Below, piece after piece: positions 44,679 through 55,000 of a DNA stretch of 58,784 nucleotides. This stretch comes from an uncultured Coriobacteriaceae bacterium (lineage in GTDB: Bacteria > Actinomycetota > Coriobacteriia > Anaerosomatales > Anaerosomataceae). The position numbers and the translations under genes were made by a program. Position 1 is the stretch's first letter. Each line of letters starts with the position of its first letter. The notes beneath the pieces were generated by a model. The model was not told the origin of the DNA. It did not search any database and worked only from the letters and a program-made list of their open reading frames with translations. Where the stretch lies: positions 6,689 to 65,472 of the forward strand of contig CAYMSA010000001.1 of assembly GCA_964392965.1 (NCBI GenBank), written 5' to 3'.

Positions 44679-47360
44679 TCACAGCGTGAACGAGATCATC
44701 CTCATGTGCTCTTCCCTGCCATCATGAATGGCGAAGCCGAGAGCTTCCACGAACGGCTTCATCGCGGGGTTCTCGACCATGACGTCGCCCCAGATCTTCT
44801 TGATGTGGCGCTCACGGGCGACCTCGATGATCGCGTTCGTGAGCTTCGTGCCGAGGCCCATACGCTGGTAGTCGTCGCGCACGAGGATCGCGAACTCGGC
44901 GACCTCGGCATCGGCGGCATCGGCCGTGAGGCGCGCGACGCCGATCATCTTCGGCTCGCGGCCGTCCTCCGGCTTGGTCACGGCGACGAGCGCGATCTCG
45001 CGGTCGTAGTCCACGTGGCAGTACTGCACCAGCATCGCCTTGGTGACCTCTTTCACGAAGCCGAAGAAGCGATACTCGGCCGTGGTGGGCGAGAGCGAAG
45101 CGATCATCTCGCGCCACAGCGACTCGTCCTCGGGACGGATGGCCCTGATGAGCACAGGCTCATCGCCGATAGCGGCGTCCCAGTGGTACTTGCTCGGGTA
45201 CATCGGGATGACGAGGTGCGATCCCGGTGCCGAGATCTTGCGGACCTCCTTGGGGTCGATGACGATGCGCGCGTCGAGAGCGCACAGACCGTCGGCGCGC
45301 ACCTGCAGCGGGTTCACGTCCATCTCGACGATCTCCGGGAAGTCAACCAGCAGGTAGCTCATCTTGACGAGCACTCGCTCGAGCGCGACCATGTCGACCG
45401 GCTCGGAACCGCGGTAGCCCTCGAGCAGCTTCGAGACCTTCGTGCTCTGGATCATGTTGCGCGCGAGCGCCTGGTTGAGCGGCGGGAACTCGACGGCGAC
45501 GTCACGGTAGAGCTCCACGCCGGTGCCGCCCATGCCGAACATGAGCGCCGGACCGAACGTCGGGTCCTTCTTGGCTCCAAGGATGACCTCGTGCCCGCCC
45601 CGGCTCATCTCCTGGACCGTCACGCCGATGATCTCGGCTTCAGGCATGGCCTCTCCCACGCGGGTGAGGATCTTGTCGTACTGCTTGGCGGCCTCGTCGG
45701 CGGAGCGGATGTTCAGGGCGATGCCGCCCACGTCGCTCTTGTGGGTGATGTCGTTGCTGAGGATCTTCATGACCACCGGGAAGCCGATCTCCTCGGCGGC
45801 CTTGGCGCTCTCCTCGGCACTGCGGCAGATGACGGTCTTCACCGTGGGGATCTCGTAGGCATCGAGAACGTTCTTCGCCTCGAACTCCGAGAGAATCGTC
45901 CGACCTTCGTGCACGACCTCGGTGAAGATGGCCTTGACCGCGTCGCGGTCCGGCTCGAAGTACGGCAGGATGTCGGCCGGCGTCTCGTAGAGGTTCGCGA
46001 GGCTGCGGGTGTACTCGTACATGTTCATGTACGCCTTGACCGCCGCCTCAGGCGTGGCGAACACCGGTACGTGGGCCTTGCGGAAGAGGCCGAGGGCCTC
46101 GTCCACCATGATCTCGCCCATGAACGACGTGAGCATCGGCTTGTCGCCTGTGCGGGCGACCTCGATGAGCGCCTTGGCCGAGGCCGTAGGCTCGCTGTTC
46201 GCCTGCGGCGTGAGAATCGCGAGGATACCGTCGCAGTTGGGGTCGTCCATGAGCGCGCGCGCTGCCACGGCATAGCGCTCGCCGGGAGCGTCTCCGAGTA
46301 CGTCGACGGGGTTCACGCACGAAGCCGCCGCCGGAAGTGCCGCCTCGAGCCGCTCGATCGTGCGGGGCGAGAGCTCGGCGAGCTCGCCGCCGAGTGAGAG
46401 GAGGCGGTCGCTTGCCATGACGCCCGGGCCGCCCGCGTTGGTGAGGATGGCGAGGCGAGGGCCGCGCGGGTTGCTCAGGCGGCTGAGCGCCTCGCTCGCG
46501 TCGAAGAGGTCGGAGACCTCGTCGACGCGCACGACACCGGCACGGCGGAAGATCGCGCTGTACAGGGTGTCGTCACCGGCGAGCGCACCGGTGTGGCTCG
46601 CCGCCGCGAGCGCGCTGCGCGCGGTGCGGCCGCTCTTCACGACGATGATCGGCTTGCTCTTGGCGAAGCGGCGCGCCGCACTCATGAACGTGCGGGCATC
46701 CGTGATCGACTCGATGTAGAGGATGATGCTGCTCGTGTTGGGGTCGCTACCGAAGTAGTCGATGAGGTCGCCGAAGTCGACGTCCATCATGCTACCCACG
46801 CTCACGAAGGCGCTGAAGCCGACATTGTTGGCGGTGGCCCAGTCGAGGATCGACGTTCCGAGCGCACCCGACTGGCTGATGAACGCGACGCGTCCGGCGC
46901 CCGGGACGACGGCGGCGAACGTCGCGTTGATGTTCAGCGGCGGCCGTGCGTAGCCGAGGCAGTTGGGCCCGAGGATGCGGATGCCGTACTCCTTCGCGAG
47001 CTCCGCGACCTTGCGCTCGAGGGCCGCGCCCTCGGGGCCGACCTCCTTGAAGCCCGCGCTGATGATGATCATGCCGCCAACGCCCGCCTGACCGCACTGC
47101 CGCACGGTCTCGAGGACCGACTTGGCCGGCACGGCAACGACCGCCATGTCGACCTTGCTGGGGACGTCCTTGATCGTCGGATAGGCCTGGATGGCCTGGA
47201 CCGCGTCCGCGTTGGGGTTGACCGGGAACACCACTCCCTGATACTCGGAGCTGATGATGTTCCTCAGCAGGATGTAGCCGATCGACCCTTTCCTGTTGGA
47301 GGCGCCGATGACGGCGATGCTACGGGGGTTGAACAACCTGTCGAGATCGTGTTCGCTCAT
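44679..47360 (-). CDS. Pat-type bifunctional protein: ADP-forming acyl-CoA synthetase-like (CoA-binding, succinyl-CoA-ligase fold, ATP-grasp) plus C-terminal GNAT acetyltransferase
   Basis: FNPRSIAVIGASNRKGSIG, FISQSGALG, an ATP-grasp region, and a C-terminal GNAT motif A YQRMGLGTKL. Start trimmed to Met57 (47360) with an AAGGATGGG RBS. Confidence 0.8.
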   Translation of the reverse strand: MSEHDLDRLFNPRSIAVIGASNRKGSIGYILLRNIISSEYQGVVFPVNPNADAVQAIQAYPTIKDVPSKVDMAVVAVPAKSVLETVRQCGQAGVGGMIIISAGFKEVGPEGAALERKVAELAKEYGIRILGPNCLGYARPPLNINATFAAVVPGAGRVAFISQSGALGTSILDWATANNVGFSAFVSVGSMMDVDFGDLIDYFGSDPNTSSIILYIESITDARTFMSAARRFAKSKPIIVVKSGRTARSALAAASHTGALAGDDTLYSAIFRRAGVVRVDEVSDLFDASEALSRLSNPRGPRLAILTNAGGPGVMASDRLLSLGGELAELSPRTIERLEAALPAAASCVNPVDVLGDAPGERYAVAARALMDDPNCDGILAILTPQANSEPTASAKALIEVARTGDKPMLTSFMGEIMVDEALGLFRKAHVPVFATPEAAVKAYMNMYEYTRSLANLYETPADILPYFEPDRDAVKAIFTEVVHEGRTILSEFEAKNVLDAYEIPTVKTVICRSAEESAKAAEEIGFPVVMKILSNDITHKSDVGGIALNIRSADEAAKQYDKILTRVGEAMPEAEIIGVTVQEMSRGGHEVILGAKKDPTFGPALMFGMGGTGVELYRDVAVEFPPLNQALARNMIQSTKVSKLLEGYRGSEPVDMVALERVLVKMSYLLVDFPEIVEMDVNPLQVRADGLCALDARIVIDPKEVRKISAPGSHLVIPMYPSKYHWDAAIGDEPVLIRAIRPEDESLWREMIASLSPTTAEYRFFGFVKEVTKAMLVQYCHVDYDREIALVAVTKPEDGREPKMIGVARLTADAADAEVAEFAILVRDDYQRMGLGTKLTNAIIEVARERHIKKIWGDVMVENPAMKPFVEALGFAIHDGREEHMRMISFTL

Positions 47361-47788
47361 ACGCCCATCCTTGTCCGTTTGTGGCCTGCGATCCGAGGCA
47401 CCCACGCTGGCCGCAGCGTTGCGCGCAAGCGGGCGCCGAATGATGCACGCGGGGGTATCGATCCGGACCCGGTCCCTAGAGCACGCCGAATCCATCCCCG
47501 CTTTCGCAACCTGAAGCATCGGTGTCATCTAATCATGTGCGGCCGCAGGCTCGGATACGGGCGCTCGTCCCGGTGCGGGGGGCGGCGGTGGATTCTCGGT
47601 GAACGGCACCGCTCTGACGACCGGATGAGCGGTCGTCCGGGGGACCTCTGTCCGCTCCGACGCACGACACTCCCGCACCCGAGCGGGTACGATGGTACGC
47701 ACACCACGGCACGCACGCCCCGTCGGGGCACCCGTGCCGTACCCGACGATGACGCATCCGGAAGCAGCGGACACATGAAGGAGCACGC

Positions 47789-49810
47789 ATGCTTGACACC
47801 GGCAAGATGGAGGCACCGGCCGTGCCGATCGACGCATCGCTCTTCGACACCACCGTCACACCGGGAGACGACTTCTTCCGTCATGTGAACGGCGGCTGGC
47901 TCGACGCCAACCCCGTGCCTCCCGAGTACGGCGCCTGGGGGGCGTTCCACGAACTGAACGAGCGCAACGAGCACCTGCTTCGCGACCTCCTGGAGGCGGC
48001 CGCCCGCGACGGGGCAGCCCCCGGCACGCCCGCGAAGATGGCGGGCGACTACTACGCGGCCGCCATGGACGACGATGCGGTCGAAGCAGCAGGAACAACG
48101 CCACTTCGGGCATACCTCGATGCGATCGCCTCGGTACGTTCGCTCGGCGACCTTCCCACCGCGCTTCGGGCGCTCCTCAGTGTCGGGGTGGGCGCGCTTC
48201 ATACCGTGGAAAGCTCGGCGGACTTCGATGACCCCGACGTCTACCTCGCCTACATCGGCCAGGGCGGCCTCGGCCTGCCCGAGCGCGGCTACTACCTGCG
48301 CGACGACGATGCCACCCGCGCGCTGCGGGAGGCCTATCGCGAGCACATCGCGGCGCAGCTCGCGGCCCTCGGAGAATGTGACGGCACGCCTGCCGAGGCT
48401 GCCGGCGACATCCTCGCGTTCGAGACGAAACTGGCCGTGGCCTCCTACTCCCCCGAACAGCTGCGCGACGTGCAGCTCACACTCAACCGCTTCGCGGTCG
48501 ACGCACTCGATGAGCTCATGCCCGGCTTCGGGCTGCGCGCGCACATCGTGGCACTCGGCGTGTCCTCGACCAGCGTGAGCATCGACAACCCCGGCTTCTT
48601 CACGGCCCTCGGCCAGACACTCTCCGAGACGCCGCTCGAAACGCTCCGCGACTACCTGCGCTGGCAGCTCGTGCGCACATACGCCAACGCGCTCCCGTCC
48701 CACTTCGCCGACGAGGCGTTCGCGTTCTACGGCCGCACGCTCGGCGGCCAGCAGGAGCAGCGGCCGCGCTGGAAGCGCATGCTGCAGGCGGCGACCGCCG
48801 ACATCGGCGAGCAGGTGGCGCAGCTCTTCGTGGCGGCCACCTTCCCCGAGGAGGCGAAGCGCCGCTGCGAGAACCTCGTCGACCACCTGCTTGCGAGCAT
48901 GGGACGCGCGATTCGCGATGCCGCATGGATGGCCGAGCCGACACGGTCGCGCGCACTCGCGAAGCTCGCCGGCTTCACGTACAAGATCGGCTATCCGGAC
49001 GTCTGGCGTGACTACTCGGCCCTCACCATCGAGCGCGGGCCGCACGCGCAGAATCGCATCCGCGCCGCCGCCTTCGAGCACGAGCGGCAGATGCGCCGCC
49101 TCGGCACGCCGGTCGACCGCACCGAGTGGGAGATGCCCGCGCATCTCGTGAACGCTTACTACCATCCCCTCCTGAACGAGGTCGTGTTCCCGGCCGGCAT
49201 CCTGCAGCCGCCGTTCTTCTACGCCGAGGCCGACGACGCGGTCAACTACGGCGCCATCGGCACGGTCATCGGTCATGAGATCACCCACGGCTTCGACGAC
49301 CAGGGCAGCCGCTTCGACGCCACGGGCGCGCTGCGCGACTGGTGGACCGCAGAGGCGCGCGCCGAGTTCACCCGGCGTGCCGAGGTGCTCGTGGCGCAAT
49401 ACGACGAGTACGAGGTGGCCGAGGGCGTGCACGTGAACGGCCGGCTGACGCTCGGCGAGAACATCGCGGACCTCGGCGGGGTCAAGGTCGCCTACTCGGC
49501 GCTCAAGGAGGCCATGCGGGAGCGAACGGCCCGCGCGGCTGACGGGGACGCCCTTCCTGCAGAGAACGGCGCGCCGTTGATCGACGGGCTCACCGCCGAG
49601 CAGCGGTTCTTCATCGCCTACGCGACGATGTGGCGCCAGAACGTGACCGAGGAGTACACGCGGCTCCTGGCGAACATCGACCCGCATTCGCCGGCCCGGT
49701 TGCGGGTCAACGCGGTCCTCGCCAACGTCCCGGCCTTTGCCGCCGCTTTCGAGCTGGACGACAGCGCGAAGCTCGTGCGTCGGGGCGAGGAGCTCGTGAG
49801 CATCTGGTAA
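47789..49810 (+). CDS. pepO: M13-family zinc metallopeptidase (PepO/neprilysin-like)
   Basis: DDFFRHVNGGWL, NAYYHPLLNEVVFPAGILQPPFF, HEITHGFD, GENIADLGG, C-terminal ELVSIW. Confidence 0.9.
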   Translation: MLDTGKMEAPAVPIDASLFDTTVTPGDDFFRHVNGGWLDANPVPPEYGAWGAFHELNERNEHLLRDLLEAAARDGAAPGTPAKMAGDYYAAAMDDDAVEAAGTTPLRAYLDAIASVRSLGDLPTALRALLSVGVGALHTVESSADFDDPDVYLAYIGQGGLGLPERGYYLRDDDATRALREAYREHIAAQLAALGECDGTPAEAAGDILAFETKLAVASYSPEQLRDVQLTLNRFAVDALDELMPGFGLRAHIVALGVSSTSVSIDNPGFFTALGQTLSETPLETLRDYLRWQLVRTYANALPSHFADEAFAFYGRTLGGQQEQRPRWKRMLQAATADIGEQVAQLFVAATFPEEAKRRCENLVDHLLASMGRAIRDAAWMAEPTRSRALAKLAGFTYKIGYPDVWRDYSALTIERGPHAQNRIRAAAFEHERQMRRLGTPVDRTEWEMPAHLVNAYYHPLLNEVVFPAGILQPPFFYAEADDAVNYGAIGTVIGHEITHGFDDQGSRFDATGALRDWWTAEARAEFTRRAEVLVAQYDEYEVAEGVHVNGRLTLGENIADLGGVKVAYSALKEAMRERTARAADGDALPAENGAPLIDGLTAEQRFFIAYATMWRQNVTEEYTRLLANIDPHSPARLRVNAVLANVPAFAAAFELDDSAKLVRRGEELVSIW

Positions 49811-49855
49811 TTGGCAGAAGCCTCACGGCGCCCGACCGCGCAGGCACGCGACGCC

Positions 49856-50593
49856 CTAGCCGAGAGGACTCGCCCCGAGGTCGATCGTGCGGCCGACTCC
49901 GCCCGCAAGACAGCGCTCGCCATACGCGCGCTCGAACGCGGCCCGGGCGAGATCGCCGGTGCAGTGCGTGGGTACGACATCGGTCACGCCGAGGTCCGTG
50001 AGCGCACGTACGGCCAGGTCGATCTCATCGGCCCGGGCATGCAGCAGATGGAAGCCGCCGATCGCCCAGCGGATCGGTCCCCCGGCGACCGACACACCGC
50101 GTTCGACGATCCGCGCGATGCCGGGATGGGCGCAGCCCGTGACGACTGCGGAGACGTCCCCAGAGGTCAGCACGAGCGCATGCTCGACCGGCTCGGCCCC
50201 GAGCATGCCCGTCGAGAAGAGACCGGGGGCGAGCTCCTGTGGCTCTGCGCCGACGACCACGACCTCCCGGCAGAGGGTCTCCAGGTCGCGCACGAGGAAT
50301 CGCGAGAAGCTCTCGTGCACCACGACGGTGACCTCCGGGTTCTCTTCGAGCACCGAGTCGAGCCCGCCCACGTGGTCCCAGTGAGCGTGCGACAGGAACA
50401 CAAGATCCACGGCACGCGGAGACACGCCGAGGGCACTCATGTTCCGCAGCAGTAGACGACCGTTGCTGCCGGTGTCGAACAGGATAGTCCGGCCCTCGGC
50501 CTCGATGAGCGCCGCGAAGCCCCAGAGCGTGCGCAGCCCCTCCTCGCCCGGACGATTATCGAACAGTATGGTCACCCGAGGCGATGCAGCCAC
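49856..50593 (-). CDS. MBL-fold metallo-hydrolase, COG1237-type
   Basis: ILFDNRPGEEGLRTLWGFAALIE, ILFDTGSNG, FLSHAHWDHVGG, VVTGCAHPGI, IGGFHL. Confidence 0.7.
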   Translation of the reverse strand: MAASPRVTILFDNRPGEEGLRTLWGFAALIEAEGRTILFDTGSNGRLLLRNMSALGVSPRAVDLVFLSHAHWDHVGGLDSVLEENPEVTVVVHESFSRFLVRDLETLCREVVVVGAEPQELAPGLFSTGMLGAEPVEHALVLTSGDVSAVVTGCAHPGIARIVERGVSVAGGPIRWAIGGFHLLHARADEIDLAVRALTDLGVTDVVPTHCTGDLARAAFERAYGERCLAGGVGRTIDLGASPLG

Positions 50594-50658
50594 CCGTCAC
50601 ACCCTCTCTTCGACAGCACGGTCACGCGGGCGGCCCGACGGCGAGGCACCCTGCACCC

Positions 50659-51894
50659 TCACATGTTCCGCGCGATGTGACCGGTGAGCTCGCCCATGCG
50701 ATACGTGTAGCTCCCCAGCTCGTTATCGTACCAGCCGAAGACCTTCACGTGCGTGAGCGGGATGCGATGCTCGCGCAAGAGCGTTGCACCGTCCGGCTGT
50801 ACCTCGGGAATCCGGATGTCCACGAAGCCCGTGCGTGTGTGCGTTTCGACGGCCTCGATGACCACGGCAGCGTCATCCCCCAGGATGTCCGCCGAGACGT
50901 TCTGCTCCTCGCTGAACTTGAGAAGCCCTCGCGCCTCTCCCTCGGCCGCCTCGCGATAGATGGCGTTGATGGCGTCGCGATCGATCGTGACCGTGCCATC
51001 GGGCAGCGCCTCACTCTGGAAGGTCACGTTCAGGACGATGAGGCTCACGCTCGCGGTGGGGATGCGCACCGAGTCGGCCATGAAGCCGATCCGCGCGATC
51101 TCGGGCATGACCTGCTCGAGCGCCTTGGCGGCGTTCGTGGAGGTCAGCACGATGTTGTTCATCGCCGAGCGTGTCTTCCGCAAGTCGGTGGCGCCCGCAG
51201 CGGGAACGGCGTCGAGAACGGGCTGACTGTTGGTCACCGCATGGACGGTGCTCATTCCCGCCGTGATCATGTTCTTCGTGAGGTCGCGCGCGAGGAGCGG
51301 CCGCATCATATGCGCGAGTGCGGTCGTCGTGCAGGATGCCGCCGAGACGAGCGTATGCCGCCCGGGATCGAAATCCATGTGGTTGATACCGTTGATGAGC
51401 ACGACCGCGTCCCCGGGCAGCGCCGCGCCCTTCGTCTTGCTCTTGAACGGTGAGCTCTGGATGACCGTCCGCGCGCCCGCGGCGAGGTGACCCCTGAGCG
51501 CACCCTTCGGGTCCTCGGCGTCGGCGTGCGGATCGCGGAACTTGCCGGTGCACTCCACCACGAGACTCACGCCGTGCTCGCGCCAGGGGATGTCCTTGGG
51601 ATTGCGCGCCTGGCGCAGCACGACGATCTCCTTACCGTAGGCCCGGATGAGCCCCGCCTCCTCGTCGACGACGTCGATCTCCTTGCGGCCACGATGGCCG
51701 AAGAGGTAGCGCTGGAGCGAGCCGTACGTACTGTCCTTGCTCAGGTACTGCACGACCGCATCGAGGGAGGTCCCCACCTGACGGCCCTGATTGATCACGA
51801 ACCGGTCGAAGTCCTCATGGGCAAGGTGGTACCAGAGTGTGAGCTTCCCGATCCTCCCGAGTCCGTTTATGCCGAGTGTCCGTGTCATGCCCAT
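50659..51894 (-). CDS. Divergent, elongated glyceraldehyde-3-phosphate dehydrogenase-family enzyme (substrate unverified)
   Basis: LGINGLGRIGKL (Rossmann), SAASCTTTALAH (catalytic Cys motif, SCTTN variant), STVHAVTNSQ, NNIVLTSTNAAKALEQVMPE, GWYDNELGSY. At 411 aa it is about 75 aa longer than classical GapA, with insertions. Confidence 0.65.
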   Translation of the reverse strand: MGMTRTLGINGLGRIGKLTLWYHLAHEDFDRFVINQGRQVGTSLDAVVQYLSKDSTYGSLQRYLFGHRGRKEIDVVDEEAGLIRAYGKEIVVLRQARNPKDIPWREHGVSLVVECTGKFRDPHADAEDPKGALRGHLAAGARTVIQSSPFKSKTKGAALPGDAVVLINGINHMDFDPGRHTLVSAASCTTTALAHMMRPLLARDLTKNMITAGMSTVHAVTNSQPVLDAVPAAGATDLRKTRSAMNNIVLTSTNAAKALEQVMPEIARIGFMADSVRIPTASVSLIVLNVTFQSEALPDGTVTIDRDAINAIYREAAEGEARGLLKFSEEQNVSADILGDDAAVVIEAVETHTRTGFVDIRIPEVQPDGATLLREHRIPLTHVKVFGWYDNELGSYTYRMGELTGHIARNM

Positions 51895-52026
51895 CGATCC
51901 TGCCTCCTGTCCGCTCGATCGCGATTCCCATCCGGGAGACGCCCGGGAGTCGATCCGGAAACCGACGGGAGATCCCTCCCCCTTCTCAGTACCGGATACC
52001 CCGCTCGTACCCGATAGCGATGCCTG

Positions 52027-55000
52027 CTACCCCAACTCCCCGGAAGCGTCCTCTTCCTCTGAGGCATCGTCGCCGCCGGATGGCTCAACTTCTCCCGACG
52101 CCTTCGACGACCGCGAGCGAATCGGCAGGTGGCCCCGGTAGATCGCTCCGGTTCGCCCGTCGATGGAGAGCCACTCGCCCGCCTCGAGTCTCTGCCCCGC
52201 AAGGAAGGCGACCCCCTCCCGCTCGATCACCTCGAGCTCCCTGCAGTCGACCACCGCCGTCTTGCCGAGGCGCCGGGCCGTGACCGCCGCGTGTGATGTC
52301 GCGCCGCCGCGTGCCGTCAGGAGTCCGGCTGCTCGCGCGATCATCGCGATGTCCTCGGGAACCGTGTCCGGTCGCAGCAGGATGACAGGGGCGGGGGGGA
52401 CCTCCCCGAGCAGCCGGTCGATCTGCTCGGTGGTGATCGCCGCCCGTCCGGAGAAGGCCCCGCCTGCCACTCCCGTGCCCATCGCCACTGGCGGACCCGA
52501 CGCAACCGACGCGGTATCGAAGTAGGCGCTCTCCTGCGTCTGTTCCTGGACCATCGCACGCTTCTGGAGGATGTAGAGGTCCTCACCGGACGATGACTCG
52601 AAGGTGAACTCGATCTCCTGCGGGTCGAACTCCCTTCCGTGCACGAGATTGTGGGCCACGTCGAGAAGCGCGCGGTACACGTCCGGGTAGTCCTTCTCGA
52701 GCGAGTGCTCGACGTTGCGGTAGATGGGACTGCTCAGGCGCTGCGTCTCGGAGATCGGCAGCGGGAAGACGAGTCCGCCGACGAGGTCCTCGCCCTGACT
52801 CCGTGCAGTGAAATCACCGAAGAGCCGCACCCGCCGGCTGTAGGGCTCGGTGGGATCGTGCGTGAACGTCACGCCCGAGCCGGACTCACGGCTGCGGTTG
52901 CCGAACACCATCCGCTGCACGATCACGGCGGTACCCCACTCGGGTGCGATGTTGAGGTACTCGCGGTAGAGCGTGGCCTCGGGCGAGTCCCACGACTCCA
53001 GGACCTTCCGCACGCAGGCGATCACCTGCCTGAACGGGTCATCCTCGAACGCGACGCCGATCTCCCGGGCCCGGCTCTTGTACGCGAAGGCGAGTTCGCG
53101 CATGTGTGCCGCCGTGAAGTCGAACTTGCGCTCGATGCCGTAGCGCGTCTTGAACTCGTTCATTATGCCGTCGAAGAAGTCCCGGTCCGCACCCGAGGTC
53201 ATGGCCCAGGACTGCAGGAAGCGGCGATACGAGTCCCAGGCCGCCCACTCGAAGCCCGGCGTGCGCGCAAGCGCCTCGGCGAGGTCGTCGTTCAGCCCTA
53301 CGTTCACGAAGGTCGCCATCGAGCCAGGCATCGATATGGCCGCTCCCGAACGGATGGAGAGCAGGAGGAGGTGCTCCGGATCGCCCAGACGCAGACTGGT
53401 CGCGCGCTCGAGGTTCCCGAGAGCGGCGCGGATGCGCTCGATCGTGTCACGATAGAGCGGCCGGTGCGCGAAGGCGGGCCGGGCGGCGAAGAGCTCGGTC
53501 GTGAGGACGAACCCCTCCGGCACGCGATGCCCATAGGACGCCATCTGCTTGAGGCCGAGCCCCTTGAAGCCGAGCGTGCGCTGGTCGTCGACCTCCGGTC
53601 TTGCCACGTGGATCGGCGAGACCAGCCGCTCGGGGTCGTAGTTCATCATGCACGTCAGAGCCCGGTCTCTGAGGCCCACCGCGAGCGTCGAGAGCTGGCG
53701 CAACGCTGCGGCCACGTAGCGATCGAGTGCCTGCATGCCGAGCGCCGCGACCAGGACCTCCCGGAGCGCCGCCTCGGCAACAGCGTCGGGAGCAAGCCGA
53801 CGGGCCTCGGACTGTCGCGTGTCGTGCTCGAGGATCGTGCGCAGAACCTGGTCGTGGCTGAGTACCGACGTCCGCGAGAGCTCGGTCACGGCACCCACGA
53901 TGAACTGGAACACGTTCTGGTACTGGTGAAACGTGAAATTGCGGCTCTCAAGCCCGGACTCCAGCAGTCCGAGGTTGGTGGTGAGCGCGTGGGAATCGAG
54001 GCCGTCGACGACGAGTGCTCGCTCGAACTGCCGCACCACGGCGGCCATGCGGCGCAGCGAATCGTGGGTGATGTACTCTTCCACTCCACCGGCGACGAGG
54101 TCCTCGAGTAAGCGGCCTACGAGGCGCTCGACCCGGAAAGAGAGTCCTAGCGCCTCGAACTTGGGTTCGCTGTAGTTGCCGTACATCGACGGTATGCCCG
54201 CGGCGATGTGCCGCTTGTGATAGATGCTCTCGGTCGCCTCCGAGGGTGTGGGATCGCACACGATCTCCTTGAGCCGCTCGAGCACGGTGAGCGACGCGTC
54301 CAGCAGCCGATCGCGCGACGATGCCCCGGGCAGCCGCTGCCAGTCGGCAAGCGCTCGCGTGAACCGCTGACGGACACGCCCGTCGAGAAGCAGGTGCGCC
54401 TCCACCGCCGGTGCAAGATCACCGGTCGAGAGTGAGTACTTCTGGGCCAGGAGCTGATGCGTCCGCAGCATCAACAGCACGCGGCGGGAGGCGGCCTCGG
54501 CAACCGCACTCGCAGAGCCCGCCCCGGTCACCCGCTCCTCCAGGTCACCGTACGCAAGCCCGGCGAGCCGGTCGATGAACTCCCCCGCGTCAATGCCGTC
54601 GAGGCCGCCATCCCACTCACCCACGATCGCCGAGAGCACCTGGTGCGGTTCTTCGGCCCAGTGGAGCTCGTCACGAACGGCCGTTAGAGCCGCCGGCGAG
54701 AGGTACTCCTCGAGTCCTGAGGAATCGAGCGTCGTCCAGTAGACGAGCGCGGCCTTGCTGAACGCCACCAGCCGGTTGGACGACTCGGCATGTGACTGCT
54801 TGCGCAGGAAGTGCGTGAGCGTGTCCTTGCGGCCGCAGATCTCATCCATCTCCGTCGAGACCGCCCGGAGTTCACCCTCGGCACCGAGATCGCGGAAATA
54901 GACCGGGAACGCCCGGAGCAGCTGCTTGGCGACGAAATAGATGGACCGGATGTCAGCGTTGAGGAAACGCGTCACATCACGCTGGAAGAGGTCGGTGTCC

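Noticed and set aside
44640-46397. 585-aa plus-strand ORF. The same applies to 46593..47888, 52639..54111, 54811..55653, 31834..32793, 30605..31636, 25870..27216 and 14753..15883.
   Set aside because: All lie antisense to, or out of frame with, genes that carry clear family motifs. They were treated as GC-driven artefacts.
47525-49687. 720-aa ORF on the minus strand
   Set aside because: It is exactly antisense to the M13 peptidase gene, which has unambiguous HEITHGFD and ENIADLGG motifs. Its composition is Arg/Gly/Ala/Val-rich with no motifs, the typical stop-poor antisense frame of GC-rich DNA.
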